64,000 bases of DNA from an uncultured Pelagibacteraceae bacterium (GCA_902546145.1 CACCIT010000003.1:4689-68688); one strand, 5' to 3'. Positions 17,920 through 27,469 are shown, numbered from the stretch's first letter. The notes: a model not told the origin generated them from the letters alone. Made by a program: numbers and translations.

Positions 17920-18744
17920 ATGCTTATTAAAAAAGTTAATAAATTTTTTGGTGATAATCAGGCAGTTAAAAACGTTTCTTTTGAGGTTAACAAACCTCAA
18001 ATGATTGGAATCATAGGTAGATCTGGGGCTGGTAAATCAACATTACTGAGAATTATAAATCGACTTACCGACGCAACAGATGGTTCAATTGAAATTGAAG
18101 GTCAAAATATTCTAGATTTAAAAAGTAAAGAAAAGAGATCATGGCAAAGAAACTGTGCAATGATTTTTCAACAATTTAATTTAGTCCCAAGATTAGATGT
18201 TTTAACAAATGTCATTTTAGGTAGATTAAATTATCAAGGCTCATTTAGAGCATCTTTAAAAATGTTTTCTCGAGATGAAAGAGCTGATGCTCTGATTTTA
18301 CTCAATAACTTAGGTATGGCTAACACTGCCCTCCAAAGAGCTGAAACATTATCTGGAGGTCAACAGCAACGTGTAGCTATATGTAGAGCTTTGATGCAAA
18401 ATCCTAAAATGATTTTAGCAGATGAACCAATTGCATCTTTAGATCCAATGAATGCAAGAATGGTAATGGAATCATTAAGAAAAATTCATGACGAAAAAAA
18501 TTTAACAGTTATTTCAAATCTTCATACACTTGATACAGCAAAAACTTATTGTGATCGAATTATTGGAATGAAAGATGGTGAAATAGTCTTTGATGATTTG
18601 CCTGAAAAATTATCAGATAAACTTGCAAGAGAAATTTATGGTGCAGAGGCTGATGAAGCTTTTGAACCACAAGTAACATCTACAGAGCTTAAAACAAAAA
18701 ATAAATTAAATGGAGATGTTGAGAAAGAATTTGCAACTGCATGA
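17920..18744 (+). CDS. phnC: phosphonate ABC transporter ATPase
   Basis: [38 protein letters not shown]. Confidence 0.96.
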   Translation: MLIKKVNKFFGDNQAVKNVSFEVNKPQMIGIIGRSGAGKSTLLRIINRLTDATDGSIEIEGQNILDLKSKEKRSWQRNCAMIFQQFNLVPRLDVLTNVILGRLNYQGSFRASLKMFSRDERADALILLNNLGMANTALQRAETLSGGQQQRVAICRALMQNPKMILADEPIASLDPMNARMVMESLRKIHDEKNLTVISNLHTLDTAKTYCDRIIGMKDGEIVFDDLPEKLSDKLAREIYGAEADEAFEPQVTSTELKTKNKLNGDVEKEFATA

Positions 18745-18804
18745 GATCAATAACTCATCGTTACAAATAAGTCGTTAGACTAAAATTATAAAAAGGAGAT
18801 AATT

Positions 18805-19755
18805 ATGTTTAATAAACTAACAAGAGTTATTGCACTTTTGGCTATGGTGTTTTTTTCAACTCAAGCTAATGCAGTAACTTACACAGGTCCAAAAATGGAC
18901 TTAAGTAAATACCAACCAGAATTTAGAGTTGGTTTTTTAGGTGACGAAGCAGCTCAAGATATTATTGCTAGAAATGAATGTTTCATTCCATATATTGAAG
19001 CAGCTTATGGTGTGCCAGCTAAATTCTTTACATTTAAAGACTATGCTGGAACTATGGAATCAATGCTAGGTGGCAATCTAGACTACACGTGGTTTGGTTC
19101 ATCTGGATATGCAGGTATATATCTTAAAGACCCAACTGCTGTGGTACCAGTACTAACAAGAATGCAGCCTACTGGTGATATGGGTTACTACTCTGTTGCA
19201 GTAGCAACTAAATCATCTGGTATTAAATCAATGGCAGATCTTAAAGGCAAATCATTTGGTTGGGCTGACCCTAACTCTACATCAGGTTTTTTAATTCCAT
19301 CAATTGAACTAAAAGCTATGGGTATGGATCCAGATACATATTTCTCAAAAACACAGTTTTCTGGAGGACATGAAAACAACGTATTAGCAGTAATGAATGG
19401 TGATATTGATGCTGGTGTAACATGGGTATCAGGTGTTGGTAGCTGGGAAGAAGGTTACTCATCAGGAAATTTAAGAAAAATGGTTGATAAAGGGATATTA
19501 AATATGGACGATATTGTTCAAATTTGGTCTTCTAAATTAATTCCAAATGGACCAATTGTAATGCCTACTTTTTTACCTGTTAGAGCACACCAAGTAATGA
19601 TTGGTTTAAAGCAATGGATACACGAGAATGATCCAAAATGTAGCGAAAACGTTGCAAACGGGATTGTAAAAAAATGGGTTCCGGTGGATCATTCTTTTTA
19701 TGAGTCAGTTGTAGCTGCAAGAAAAGCTAAAATTGAAGCGCAGAAGAATAATTAA
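18805..19755 (+). CDS. phnD: phosphonate ABC transporter substrate-binding protein
   Basis: Signal peptide, GYYS, DPNSTSG, FSGGHE, IPNGP. Confidence 0.95.
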   Translation: MFNKLTRVIALLAMVFFSTQANAVTYTGPKMDLSKYQPEFRVGFLGDEAAQDIIARNECFIPYIEAAYGVPAKFFTFKDYAGTMESMLGGNLDYTWFGSSGYAGIYLKDPTAVVPVLTRMQPTGDMGYYSVAVATKSSGIKSMADLKGKSFGWADPNSTSGFLIPSIELKAMGMDPDTYFSKTQFSGGHENNVLAVMNGDIDAGVTWVSGVGSWEEGYSSGNLRKMVDKGILNMDDIVQIWSSKLIPNGPIVMPTFLPVRAHQVMIGLKQWIHENDPKCSENVANGIVKKWVPVDHSFYESVVAARKAKIEAQKNN

Positions 19756-19771
19756 TTAAACCCCTATAATT

Positions 19772-19800
19772 AGAGGCAAAGACTTAAAATCTTTGCCTCT
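19772..19800 (+). terminator. intra-operon hairpin after phnD
   Basis: agaggcaaaga-N7-tctttgcctct, followed by a T-rich tract. Confidence 0.7.
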
Positions 19801-19818
19801 GATTTATTTTTAAAAATT

Positions 19819-20673
19819 ATGTCAAAAGCGTTACCTGCAAACTTAGAACAAATTGAAGTTAATTTAAAAAAATTAACAAACCAGAGAACTAGATCCTCAC
19901 TACTTGGAATTGCAATTCTAATATTAATTTTTTTCGGTGGTACCTTAGTATCACTAGAGGCAAATGCAGGATCTTTTGGAAGAGGTATAGCTAATTTTTT
20001 TAACTATCCTAGAGATTTATTTGTAGACACTTTTGAAATGGGATGGAAATATTGGCCAAGAGTTATTAAGTATATTCCTGAATTAATTATAACTTTAAAT
20101 ATTGCTTTATTTTCAACTTTTATAGGTTTTATTTTAGCAATTATATTTGCAATTTTTTCAAGTAGGAACCTAATTAGAAACAAAAGAGTTATTCAATTTA
20201 CAAAATTTTTAATGGATGTGACAAGATCATTTCCAACATTAATAATAGCAATGGTGTTTTTATATTTAATGGGTAAATCATCATTACCAGCTGTAATTGC
20301 TATTACGATACACACTGCTGGAGCACTTGGTAAATTATTTACTGAGGCTATAGAAAATTGTGATGGAAAACCTATTGAAGGTTTAAGTTCTGTTGGTGCA
20401 ACTTGGACACAAAAGATAAGATTTTCAGTTCTTCCACAAGTATTACCTTTGTTTTTAAGTTATGGAATATTAAGGTTAGAAATTAATGTTAGAGAATCTA
20501 CTATATTAGGTTTTGTTGGCGCAGGAGGAATTGGAGAAATGTTAGCAGCTTTAATTCAGTGGAATTATGGAGCTGATGTTTTAGCCTGTATGTTCTTACT
20601 GGTTGGTACAATAATTGCATTAGATTATTTGTCTGCATATTGGAGACATAAATTAATTGGAGTAAATCAATGA
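19819..20673 (+). CDS. phnE: phosphonate ABC transporter permease
   Basis: GKLFTEAIEN, PQVLP, RLEINVRESTILGFVGAGGIG. Confidence 0.95.
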   Translation: MSKALPANLEQIEVNLKKLTNQRTRSSLLGIAILILIFFGGTLVSLEANAGSFGRGIANFFNYPRDLFVDTFEMGWKYWPRVIKYIPELIITLNIALFSTFIGFILAIIFAIFSSRNLIRNKRVIQFTKFLMDVTRSFPTLIIAMVFLYLMGKSSLPAVIAITIHTAGALGKLFTEAIENCDGKPIEGLSSVGATWTQKIRFSVLPQVLPLFLSYGILRLEINVRESTILGFVGAGGIGEMLAALIQWNYGADVLACMFLLVGTIIALDYLSAYWRHKLIGVNQ

Positions 20674-22070
20674 GTTCTAATTTAGCAATTGAAAGAGATA
20701 ATATTCGAAAATTATTTCCAGACACATTTAAACAGGCCAGGAAGAGTAGATTAAAAGGCCAAATAATTTTTTTTCTTATAATATTATATTTAATAATAGG
20801 TTTTTTTACTCTAGACGTTGTTGATATTCCAAAAAAATGGAAACCGCAAAATGCTGCTATGTTTATCTTAGACACATATGCACACAAAGATCATGTAACA
20901 ATGAAATGGGAAAATCATGACGATATTAAAATAGCTTTTGAAGGAAATTATAGAAGTGTTTATGGAAGAGATAATCTTGATAAATCAATTCCAGATTGGT
21001 TCTACAAAAATTCTGATAATGTTGGCAATGTAGTTGAGTTTAATAATAAAGGTAAGGCAATATTATACAAAGATAAAGTCGAGATTGTAAATTTTCCAAA
21101 ATATGAGAGAGATTTTACCATAAAATTAAATTCTAATGGTAAACCTTACCTTGTAGGTTCAGAGGATTTGGTCATAGAAGATTTAAAAGGTTTTAGAATT
21201 ACAGAAAATAGAGTTGAATTTAGACCAACTTTGTATGAGAGAATTCAAGTATATCCAAAAAAAGTTGAAATTCATCGTTACAGTATCGGATGGAAATATT
21301 TTTGGTTTGATTTCTCAAGTCCGTTAGAACCATATACCTTTTTCGAAGCACTAGGTTTGACTTTTTCTAATGAGAGAGTTGTTCCTGAAATGTCTAATTT
21401 AAAACTTTTCTTTACAGAAATTAAAGACAATGACGCATTTATGCACGGTAGAGTTTGGTGGGCTATGCTTGAAACAATAGTTATGGCTGTATTAGGGACA
21501 ATGTTTGCTACAGTTATGGCTCTTCCCTTATCTTTTCTTGCGGCATACAACGTTACCCCAATTAAAACCCTGAGATTTATGTTGAGAAGATTATTTGATA
21601 CTTTAAGAGGAATAGATTTTTTAATTTGGAGTTTAATATTTTTAAGAGCTTTTGGTCCAGGACCCTTCACTGGAATTTTTGCAATTGGTTTTACCGATAC
21701 GGGTACTTTAGGTAAATTGTATTCTGAAGCAATTGAGAATACTGAGAAGAAACAACAAGAAGGAGTTCAATCTACGGGAGCTAATAAGTTTCTACAACAT
21801 AGATTTGGTATAATTCCTCAAATACTTCCAATTTTTGTATCTCAATCCTTATACTATTTAGAGTCAAATACTAGAGGTGCTGTAATTATAGGTGCAATGG
21901 GTGCAGGAGGAATTGGGTTACAATTTTTAGGTGCGCTAGCTACTGGAAATGATTTTGAAAATGTAGCCTACATGGCAATTTTAGTTTTAGCTGTTGTAAT
22001 ATTTATGGACAGATTATCTGCTTGGCTTAGAAGAATATTGATTGGATCTGATCAATTAATTGTAAGGTAA
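20670..22070 (+). CDS. phnE: second phosphonate ABC permease with a large extracytoplasmic insertion
   Basis: GKLYSEAIEN, ESNTRGAVIIGAMGAGGIG; ~210 aa soluble region after the first TM. Confidence 0.92.
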   Translation: MSSNLAIERDNIRKLFPDTFKQARKSRLKGQIIFFLIILYLIIGFFTLDVVDIPKKWKPQNAAMFILDTYAHKDHVTMKWENHDDIKIAFEGNYRSVYGRDNLDKSIPDWFYKNSDNVGNVVEFNNKGKAILYKDKVEIVNFPKYERDFTIKLNSNGKPYLVGSEDLVIEDLKGFRITENRVEFRPTLYERIQVYPKKVEIHRYSIGWKYFWFDFSSPLEPYTFFEALGLTFSNERVVPEMSNLKLFFTEIKDNDAFMHGRVWWAMLETIVMAVLGTMFATVMALPLSFLAAYNVTPIKTLRFMLRRLFDTLRGIDFLIWSLIFLRAFGPGPFTGIFAIGFTDTGTLGKLYSEAIENTEKKQQEGVQSTGANKFLQHRFGIIPQILPIFVSQSLYYLESNTRGAVIIGAMGAGGIGLQFLGALATGNDFENVAYMAILVLAVVIFMDRLSAWLRRILIGSDQLIVR

Positions 22071-22145
22071 AAAAATTTCAAATAATTTTATCAAATATTT
22101 TTTTAAAAATTTTAATTTAAGAATCTAAAAAGATAAAAATCTATT

Positions 22146-22568
22146 TTACCAAAATTTCCACCAAGGTTTTTCTTCTTTTGGTGTCTCATCATTGTCAACA
22201 ATAACTTTAGCTACAGATGGATCCTCTCCATCTACTAATCCTGCTCTAGCGGTTGTTTTAGCGTCTTCTAATTTTAGTTTTGCTTCAAAAACTCTATTTT
22301 CATTACACAACTTCATGCCCTCTTTCATTAATGTTTCGGCTTCTAATGCATTTTCAGGACTTGATCTTGATATATCATTTTTAACAGTCGCTCTTAACAT
22401 AAGTACACCAGGGTCTTCACAATTACCTATCTCATTTTTAAATGTATCCTCAGTATTTTGCGAGTAACTACTCCCAGCTTGTTGTTCTGTTATTTTTACG
22501 TGATTGTCAGCTTGAGCAAACGTAATTGTGGATAAAGTAAATATAAAAGAAAATAAAATTTTGTTCAT
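22146..22568 (-). CDS. secreted hypothetical protein with a C-terminal KPWWKFW
   Basis: Signal peptide (AQA-D), acidic body, two Cys. Confidence 0.8.
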   Translation of the reverse strand: MNKILFSFIFTLSTITFAQADNHVKITEQQAGSSYSQNTEDTFKNEIGNCEDPGVLMLRATVKNDISRSSPENALEAETLMKEGMKLCNENRVFEAKLKLEDAKTTARAGLVDGEDPSVAKVIVDNDETPKEEKPWWKFW

Positions 22569-22590
22569 AATATTTTCTTAACTCAAGTTT

Positions 22591-22608
22591 GTTAAATAAA
22601 TGTTAAAG
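22591..22608 (-). promoter_or_regulatory. putative Pho box
   Basis: Minus strand: CTTTAAC-ATTT-ATTTAAC, 10 nt, TAAGAA, 6 nt, ATG (22568). Confidence 0.6.
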
Positions 22609-22621
22609 AAATAATAATTTT

Positions 22622-23794
22622 ATGAAATATTATCCAGCATTTTTAATAGGTATTTCTGTTACCTTTTGTTACAGCAGCTGTATGTACTTATTTTCAGCAC
22701 TGTTATTAACTTGGGAAAATGAACTTGGTATTTCAAGAAACAATTTAACTTTTATTTACTCTCTTGGCCTTGTTTTACATAGCTTGTTGTTACCCATTCT
22801 TGGCAAGTTTGTTGATAAAAACCTTAGCTTTCAAATGATGTGGGCAAGTCCTATATTGTTAGGATTAAGTGTAATTTATCTATCATTAGCTAACACATAT
22901 ACTGAATTTTTAGTTGCTTGGTTGCTTGTAAGCGCGACATCCGGTGGATGTCTTTATACAATGCTATTTAGTGTTATTACTATTAATTTAAAGTCAAAGG
23001 CCAAAACATCTATTGCAATAATTACTTTGTTTGCTGGATTTGCAAGCACATACACATTTCCTACCGCAACCTATTTAACAGAACAATATGATTGGAGGTT
23101 TACTGTATTGATTTTTGGATTATTAAACATATTGATTAGTTCACCAGCCAATTATTTTGGTTTCAAAAATATAATTAAAAAAGAGTTTAAAATAATTAAA
23201 AAACAAACTTATAAAAATTCCAGACTTCAAATAATACTTAAAGACAATAGATTTTGGTTATTTAGTTTTTCATTATTTGTTGTTGGATTTAATGCAGGTG
23301 CTATTACAACCCATATAATTCCAATGCTACAGGATAAAGGATTGAGTCTAGCACTAGCTGTGCTGACAGCTTCGATGTTTGGACCTGGACAGGTTTTGGG
23401 AAGAATTTTAGTTATGATATTTGGGGGAAATAAAGCAAATATAAAATTATTTGTAATTTGTTTTTACTCCCTCATACTTGGAACAATTTTTTTGTACTTC
23501 ATAAATTTTAATCATTATTTAGCATTTTTATTTGTTTTGTTTAATAGTGCAGCATATGGAAGTATGGCTATTTTAAAACCTTTAGTTCAAAATGATGCTT
23601 TTGGTCAAAAAAACTTTGGTAATGTTCATGGTATATTAGCCTTGCTATACATGATAGGAAGTATTTTGGGGCCATGGATAGGTTCCTTGATATGGAATGT
23701 AGGGGGATATGACTTGTTAATATTTATATTTGTTATATTGGCAGTATTTGGAAACGTAACTGCAATTTTTCTAAACAAAAAAAAATTTATTTAA
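22622..23794 (+). CDS. MFS transporter
   Basis: ~12 TM helices, GKFVDK motif A, ITLFAGFAST, GPGQVLGR. Confidence 0.9.
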   Translation: MKYYPAFLIGISVTFCYSSCMYLFSALLLTWENELGISRNNLTFIYSLGLVLHSLLLPILGKFVDKNLSFQMMWASPILLGLSVIYLSLANTYTEFLVAWLLVSATSGGCLYTMLFSVITINLKSKAKTSIAIITLFAGFASTYTFPTATYLTEQYDWRFTVLIFGLLNILISSPANYFGFKNIIKKEFKIIKKQTYKNSRLQIILKDNRFWLFSFSLFVVGFNAGAITTHIIPMLQDKGLSLALAVLTASMFGPGQVLGRILVMIFGGNKANIKLFVICFYSLILGTIFLYFINFNHYLAFLFVLFNSAAYGSMAILKPLVQNDAFGQKNFGNVHGILALLYMIGSILGPWIGSLIWNVGGYDLLIFIFVILAVFGNVTAIFLNKKKFI

Positions 23795-24338
23795 AACTGC
23801 TTTCTACATGTTTATAAAAAAAATTTATATTTGGAATTTCTAAATTTTCAACTTTAGCTAGATCATCATATTTCCTTAGTCTAACTGCATCTTGCATAAA
23901 AGGTTGTTTAATAAATTCGTTTGCCTCTTCTTCAGAAAAACTACCACCTTGAACATCCAAACTTCGTTTTGAAGCAATAGATAAAGTCTCATAATATCCT
24001 TTCTCATAATAAACTAAATATCTTTTAGCCGGTACATGCCCTTTAATTAGTCTTGTGACATCCTCTGGAAAAAATTTAGAAAGAAAAAGGGATCCTAAAT
24101 TCTCATGCTTTTTATCTACTCCTTTTTTGATGGCTTCTTTATCATTATTAATTAAGTGACCAATATCATGGAATAGAGCTGCAGTTATAAAAAAATTGTT
24201 TTCATTATTTTTTTTTGCCAATAATGCACATTGAATTGCATGTTCTAGTTGTGAAACTTTTTCATTTCCATATTGTTTGTCTGATCCAATTTCTTCCATA
24301 ATTTTAAATAAATTGGCAATATTTGATTTAATGTCCAT
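23787..24338 (-). CDS. phnZ: HD-domain diiron phosphonate oxygenase (PhnZ family)
   Basis: YGNE, QLEH, HDIGH, KHE, HVPAKRYL, LSIASKRSL.VQGG, RLRKYDD: the PhnZ metal and substrate residues are present. Confidence 0.88.
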   Translation of the reverse strand: MDIKSNIANLFKIMEEIGSDKQYGNEKVSQLEHAIQCALLAKKNNENNFFITAALFHDIGHLINNDKEAIKKGVDKKHENLGSLFLSKFFPEDVTRLIKGHVPAKRYLVYYEKGYYETLSIASKRSLDVQGGSFSEEEANEFIKQPFMQDAVRLRKYDDLAKVENLEIPNINFFYKHVESSFK

Positions 24339-24359
24339 AAGTAACTTTAAATTAAGAAT

Positions 24360-24377
24360 GTTTCAGTTTTGTTACAA
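24360..24377 (-). promoter_or_regulatory. Pho box for phnZ
   Basis: Minus strand: TTGTAAC-AAAA-CTGAAAC, 10 nt, TAAAGT, 5 nt, ATG. Confidence 0.7.
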
Positions 24378-24435
24378 TTTAGATTTAGCATGCATTAAGT
24401 ATAGAAAAAATAATATATAGTAATAAAAGTTAAAA

Positions 24436-24891
24436 ATGAAAAAACTTTTATTTGTTTGTACCGGCAATTCTCATAGAAGTATATTGGCTGAAAGTGTAGT
24501 GAACAAATATCACCAAGATAAATTTATTGGGTACAGTGCAGGTAGCAAACCATCTGGAATAATTAATAAATATGTCATTAAATATCTAAATGAAAATAAT
24601 TTTGATACAAAAAATCTATCTTCTAAAAACTTTAATAAATTTTTGGATGAAAAAACAATATTCGACCAGGTATTTACAGTATGCAACAATGCCAGTGATG
24701 AAGTTTGTCCAGTCTGGCCATCTCCTGAAAAAATAGTTCATTGGGACATTGAGGATCCTGTTCATATCATTAATGAGTTAGAAAATAGTGATAAACCAAA
24801 TAAAGAAGAGCTGATTTCGACAGAAATACATAAAACTTATTCCAATTTAGAAACCAGAATAAATGATTGGATTAAAAATTATGAAAAATAG
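24436..24891 (+). CDS. arsC: arsenate reductase, LMW-PTP/thioredoxin type
   Basis: CTGNSHRS P-loop, SAGS.P, TVC....EVCP, HWDIEDP. Confidence 0.88.
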   Translation: MKKLLFVCTGNSHRSILAESVVNKYHQDKFIGYSAGSKPSGIINKYVIKYLNENNFDTKNLSSKNFNKFLDEKTIFDQVFTVCNNASDEVCPVWPSPEKIVHWDIEDPVHIINELENSDKPNKEELISTEIHKTYSNLETRINDWIKNYEK

Positions 24892-25540
24892 TAAAAAAAA
24901 AATAATTTATAGTGAATTCATAGGTAGTTGCTTCTTAGTAATGATAGTTGTTGGTTCTGGTATCATGGCTCAAAATCTTACCAACGATACTGCTGTTATG
25001 TTATTAGCGAATACTATTGCAACAGGAGCTGGTTTATTTGTTCTTATAACTGTGTTTTCTGACATATCGGGAGCACATTTTAATCCATTTGTGACACTAA
25101 GTATGTTTTTTGCGGGAAGATTAAAATCAAAATTAATTCATATATATATCTTGTCACAAATATTTGGTTGTCTAGCGGGTGTAGGTTTAGCAAATTTTTT
25201 TTTTGAATTACCTATTTATGAGTTGTCATCTAAAACAAGAGATGGAGTTTATATATTTGTAGCTGAAATAGTAGCAACTTTTGGATTAATTTTAATTATA
25301 TTTGGATCAATGAAAAGTGGAAAAGTTGTAACCGGTGCATGTGTTGGTTTTTATATTACAGCTGGATATTGGTTTACTTCATCAACTTCTTTTGCAAATC
25401 CTGCTGTTGCAATAGCTAGAACTTTTACAGATACATTCACTGGAATAAATTATTTAAATACACCTTTATTTATAATTGCAGAGCTATTAGGAACACTGTT
25501 AGCAATATTTGTAATAAAAAAAATGTTATTTACTAAATGA
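24881..25540 (+). CDS. MIP-family aquaglyceroporin (AqpS-like arsenite channel)
   Basis: SGAHFNPF and YWFTSSTSFANPAV; overlaps the arsC stop. Confidence 0.88.
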   Translation: MKNSKKKIIYSEFIGSCFLVMIVVGSGIMAQNLTNDTAVMLLANTIATGAGLFVLITVFSDISGAHFNPFVTLSMFFAGRLKSKLIHIYILSQIFGCLAGVGLANFFFELPIYELSSKTRDGVYIFVAEIVATFGLILIIFGSMKSGKVVTGACVGFYITAGYWFTSSTSFANPAVAIARTFTDTFTGINYLNTPLFIIAELLGTLLAIFVIKKMLFTK

Positions 25541-26327
25541 TTTTATTTTCAATCCGTTCAATTATTTTTGGTAAATCTTTAATTGTATCAATTACGTAAT
25601 GTGCACCTATTTTCTTAAACTTACGAGAGATTTTTTTTCTAAATTTTAATTTTTCTTTATTGGTTAATTTATTAAATTCGTGTTCATTTTTGCCAAATTC
25701 ATTTCCAGAAAATATTACTCCTATTACCCACATTCCAGCATTTAATCCCTCCTGTAATCCAGGAATAGTATCGTCTACTTTAATGCAATTTGATCCCTTG
25801 GTTATATTTAAATCAGAAAAGATCCTATAAATTATCTCTGCAGAAGGTCTTCCAATTTTTGTGTATGAGGAACTATATGAAACATCGGGTATAAATCTTT
25901 GTTTTTTTAATTCTGGCAATATAACTTTTAGAATTTCTTCTGAATATCCAGTATTGATTCCTATTTTTATTTTTTTGTTTTTTATAAAATCTAAAGTTTT
26001 TTTACTTCCTGATATAAATTTTGAATGTTTGTTAATTATTTTTTTTAATTCTGGATTAAAAAGTTTAAACAATTTATCAATATCTTTAACTGTTGGTTTT
26101 GATTTAAATTTTTTTTTCCACTCCGAATTAATTTTTCTTGTTGTTAGCAATGCTTTTATATGGGCTCGTTTTTCAATACCCATTGGTCCTATGGCTTGTT
26201 TTCGGGTAATTTTAATTCCTAACCTATCAAATAATTTAATAAGAACTTGAGATGGCGCAAGGCTTCCAAAATCTATTAATGTACCAGCTAAATCAAATAC
26301 AATAGCTTCAATATTGGAATTTTTCAT
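25533..26327 (-). CDS. phnX: phosphonoacetaldehyde hydrolase (phosphonatase)
   Basis: HAD motif DLAGTLIDFGS, PMGIEKRAHI (Schiff-base Lys/His), TGY, GRP, KVDDT. Confidence 0.92.
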   Translation of the reverse strand: MKNSNIEAIVFDLAGTLIDFGSLAPSQVLIKLFDRLGIKITRKQAIGPMGIEKRAHIKALLTTRKINSEWKKKFKSKPTVKDIDKLFKLFNPELKKIINKHSKFISGSKKTLDFIKNKKIKIGINTGYSEEILKVILPELKKQRFIPDVSYSSSYTKIGRPSAEIIYRIFSDLNITKGSNCIKVDDTIPGLQEGLNAGMWVIGVIFSGNEFGKNEHEFNKLTNKEKLKFRKKISRKFKKIGAHYVIDTIKDLPKIIERIENKII

Positions 26328-26445
26328 ATGTTTTTTTTTCGAATCTTTTAATTAGAATTTAATATTTGAAATTAATTATATCTTTAATTGCATAATAACA
26401 TTGATTTTATTGCTGTTTATTTTGATTTTAACTTGTTTTATTAAT

Positions 26446-26474
26446 GTTACAAAAATATTACAGATTTATTACAT
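26446..26474 (-). promoter_or_regulatory. triple Pho box oriented toward phnX
   Basis: Minus strand: ATGTAAT-AAAT-CTGTAAT-ATTT-TTGTAAC. Confidence 0.72.
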
Positions 26475-27026
26475 ATGCAGAAAATACTAAATTTCTTATT
26501 GATAATTTCAACAGTATGTTTGACTTCAGCAGCAAAAACAGATGAGTTAGATTTAAACAAACTTTTGAGTAAGTTAAAAGATTGTAATACACAAAGTGAA
26601 GCAAAAATTTTAGAAAAAAGTATATGGAATTTGTGGGAAACACATCCATCTGATTTTCAATTAACTATTGACTTAAAAGAAGGCTCAAGACTGGTTCAAA
26701 ACGGAAATTATATAAGAGCATATGGAATTTTTAGTAAAATTATAGAAAAAGATCCTAATTGGGCTGAGGCTTGGAATAGACGTGCAACATCTTTATATTT
26801 TATGGGTAAGTATAAAAAATCACTTAGAGATATTGATATGGTCTTAAAACTTGAGAATAGGCATTTCGGTGCTCTAATTGGAAAAGGACAAGTATACATG
26901 GAAATGAAAGACTACGAAAAAGCCTATAATAGTTATTTAGAAGCTTCATATATAAACCCGATGAATACGGATACAATAAATCAAATAAACAAAGTATCCA
27001 AATTAATTAAAGAAAAAACAATATAA
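26475..27026 (+). CDS. secreted TPR-repeat protein
   Basis: Signal peptide, DPNWAEAWNRRAT, RHFGAL; TPR pattern. Confidence 0.85.
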   Translation: MQKILNFLLIISTVCLTSAAKTDELDLNKLLSKLKDCNTQSEAKILEKSIWNLWETHPSDFQLTIDLKEGSRLVQNGNYIRAYGIFSKIIEKDPNWAEAWNRRATSLYFMGKYKKSLRDIDMVLKLENRHFGALIGKGQVYMEMKDYEKAYNSYLEASYINPMNTDTINQINKVSKLIKEKTI

Positions 27027-27074
27027 TTAATTTATCTTTAAAATATCTTTAATATTATTCAAATATGATAACTT

Positions 27075-27469
27075 ATGAATTATTTAAAAAATATTAAGCT
27101 TACAAATAATATAACTTTAATTAATAAGCCCTTCAAAAAAAAAGAATATTATCATTTCCTAAAAACATCTGATTTATCTTTGATGGTTGCAGAAATTAAG
27201 AAAAATGTTTTTGTTGTAGTTAGTCAAAAAAGAATTCCGGTTAATAAAATCAACTATGAATTTCCATCTGGTATAATTGATAAAGGAGAAAATTCTATAA
27301 GTGCTGCTATTATTCAAATAAAATAATTAAAAAAAAAGGACCTGAGAAAGGTATTAAAATTCATTTACTATCTAAAGAAAAAATAAATAAATTAATTTTA
27401 AATGAAAAATTTAGTAATGCATCTCATATAGCTTCATTTTTTAAAGTTGTAAAGGTGCCTACTAAGTAA
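27075..27469 (+). pseudogene. NUDIX hydrolase pseudogene (internal deletion)
   Basis: The Nudix box starts (EFPSGIIDKGENSISAA) but REUxEExG is missing and a stop follows at 27326. A Nudix-like C-terminus (GPEKGIKIHLLSKEKINKLILNEKFSNASHIASFF) resumes downstream to TAA 27469. Confidence 0.72.
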
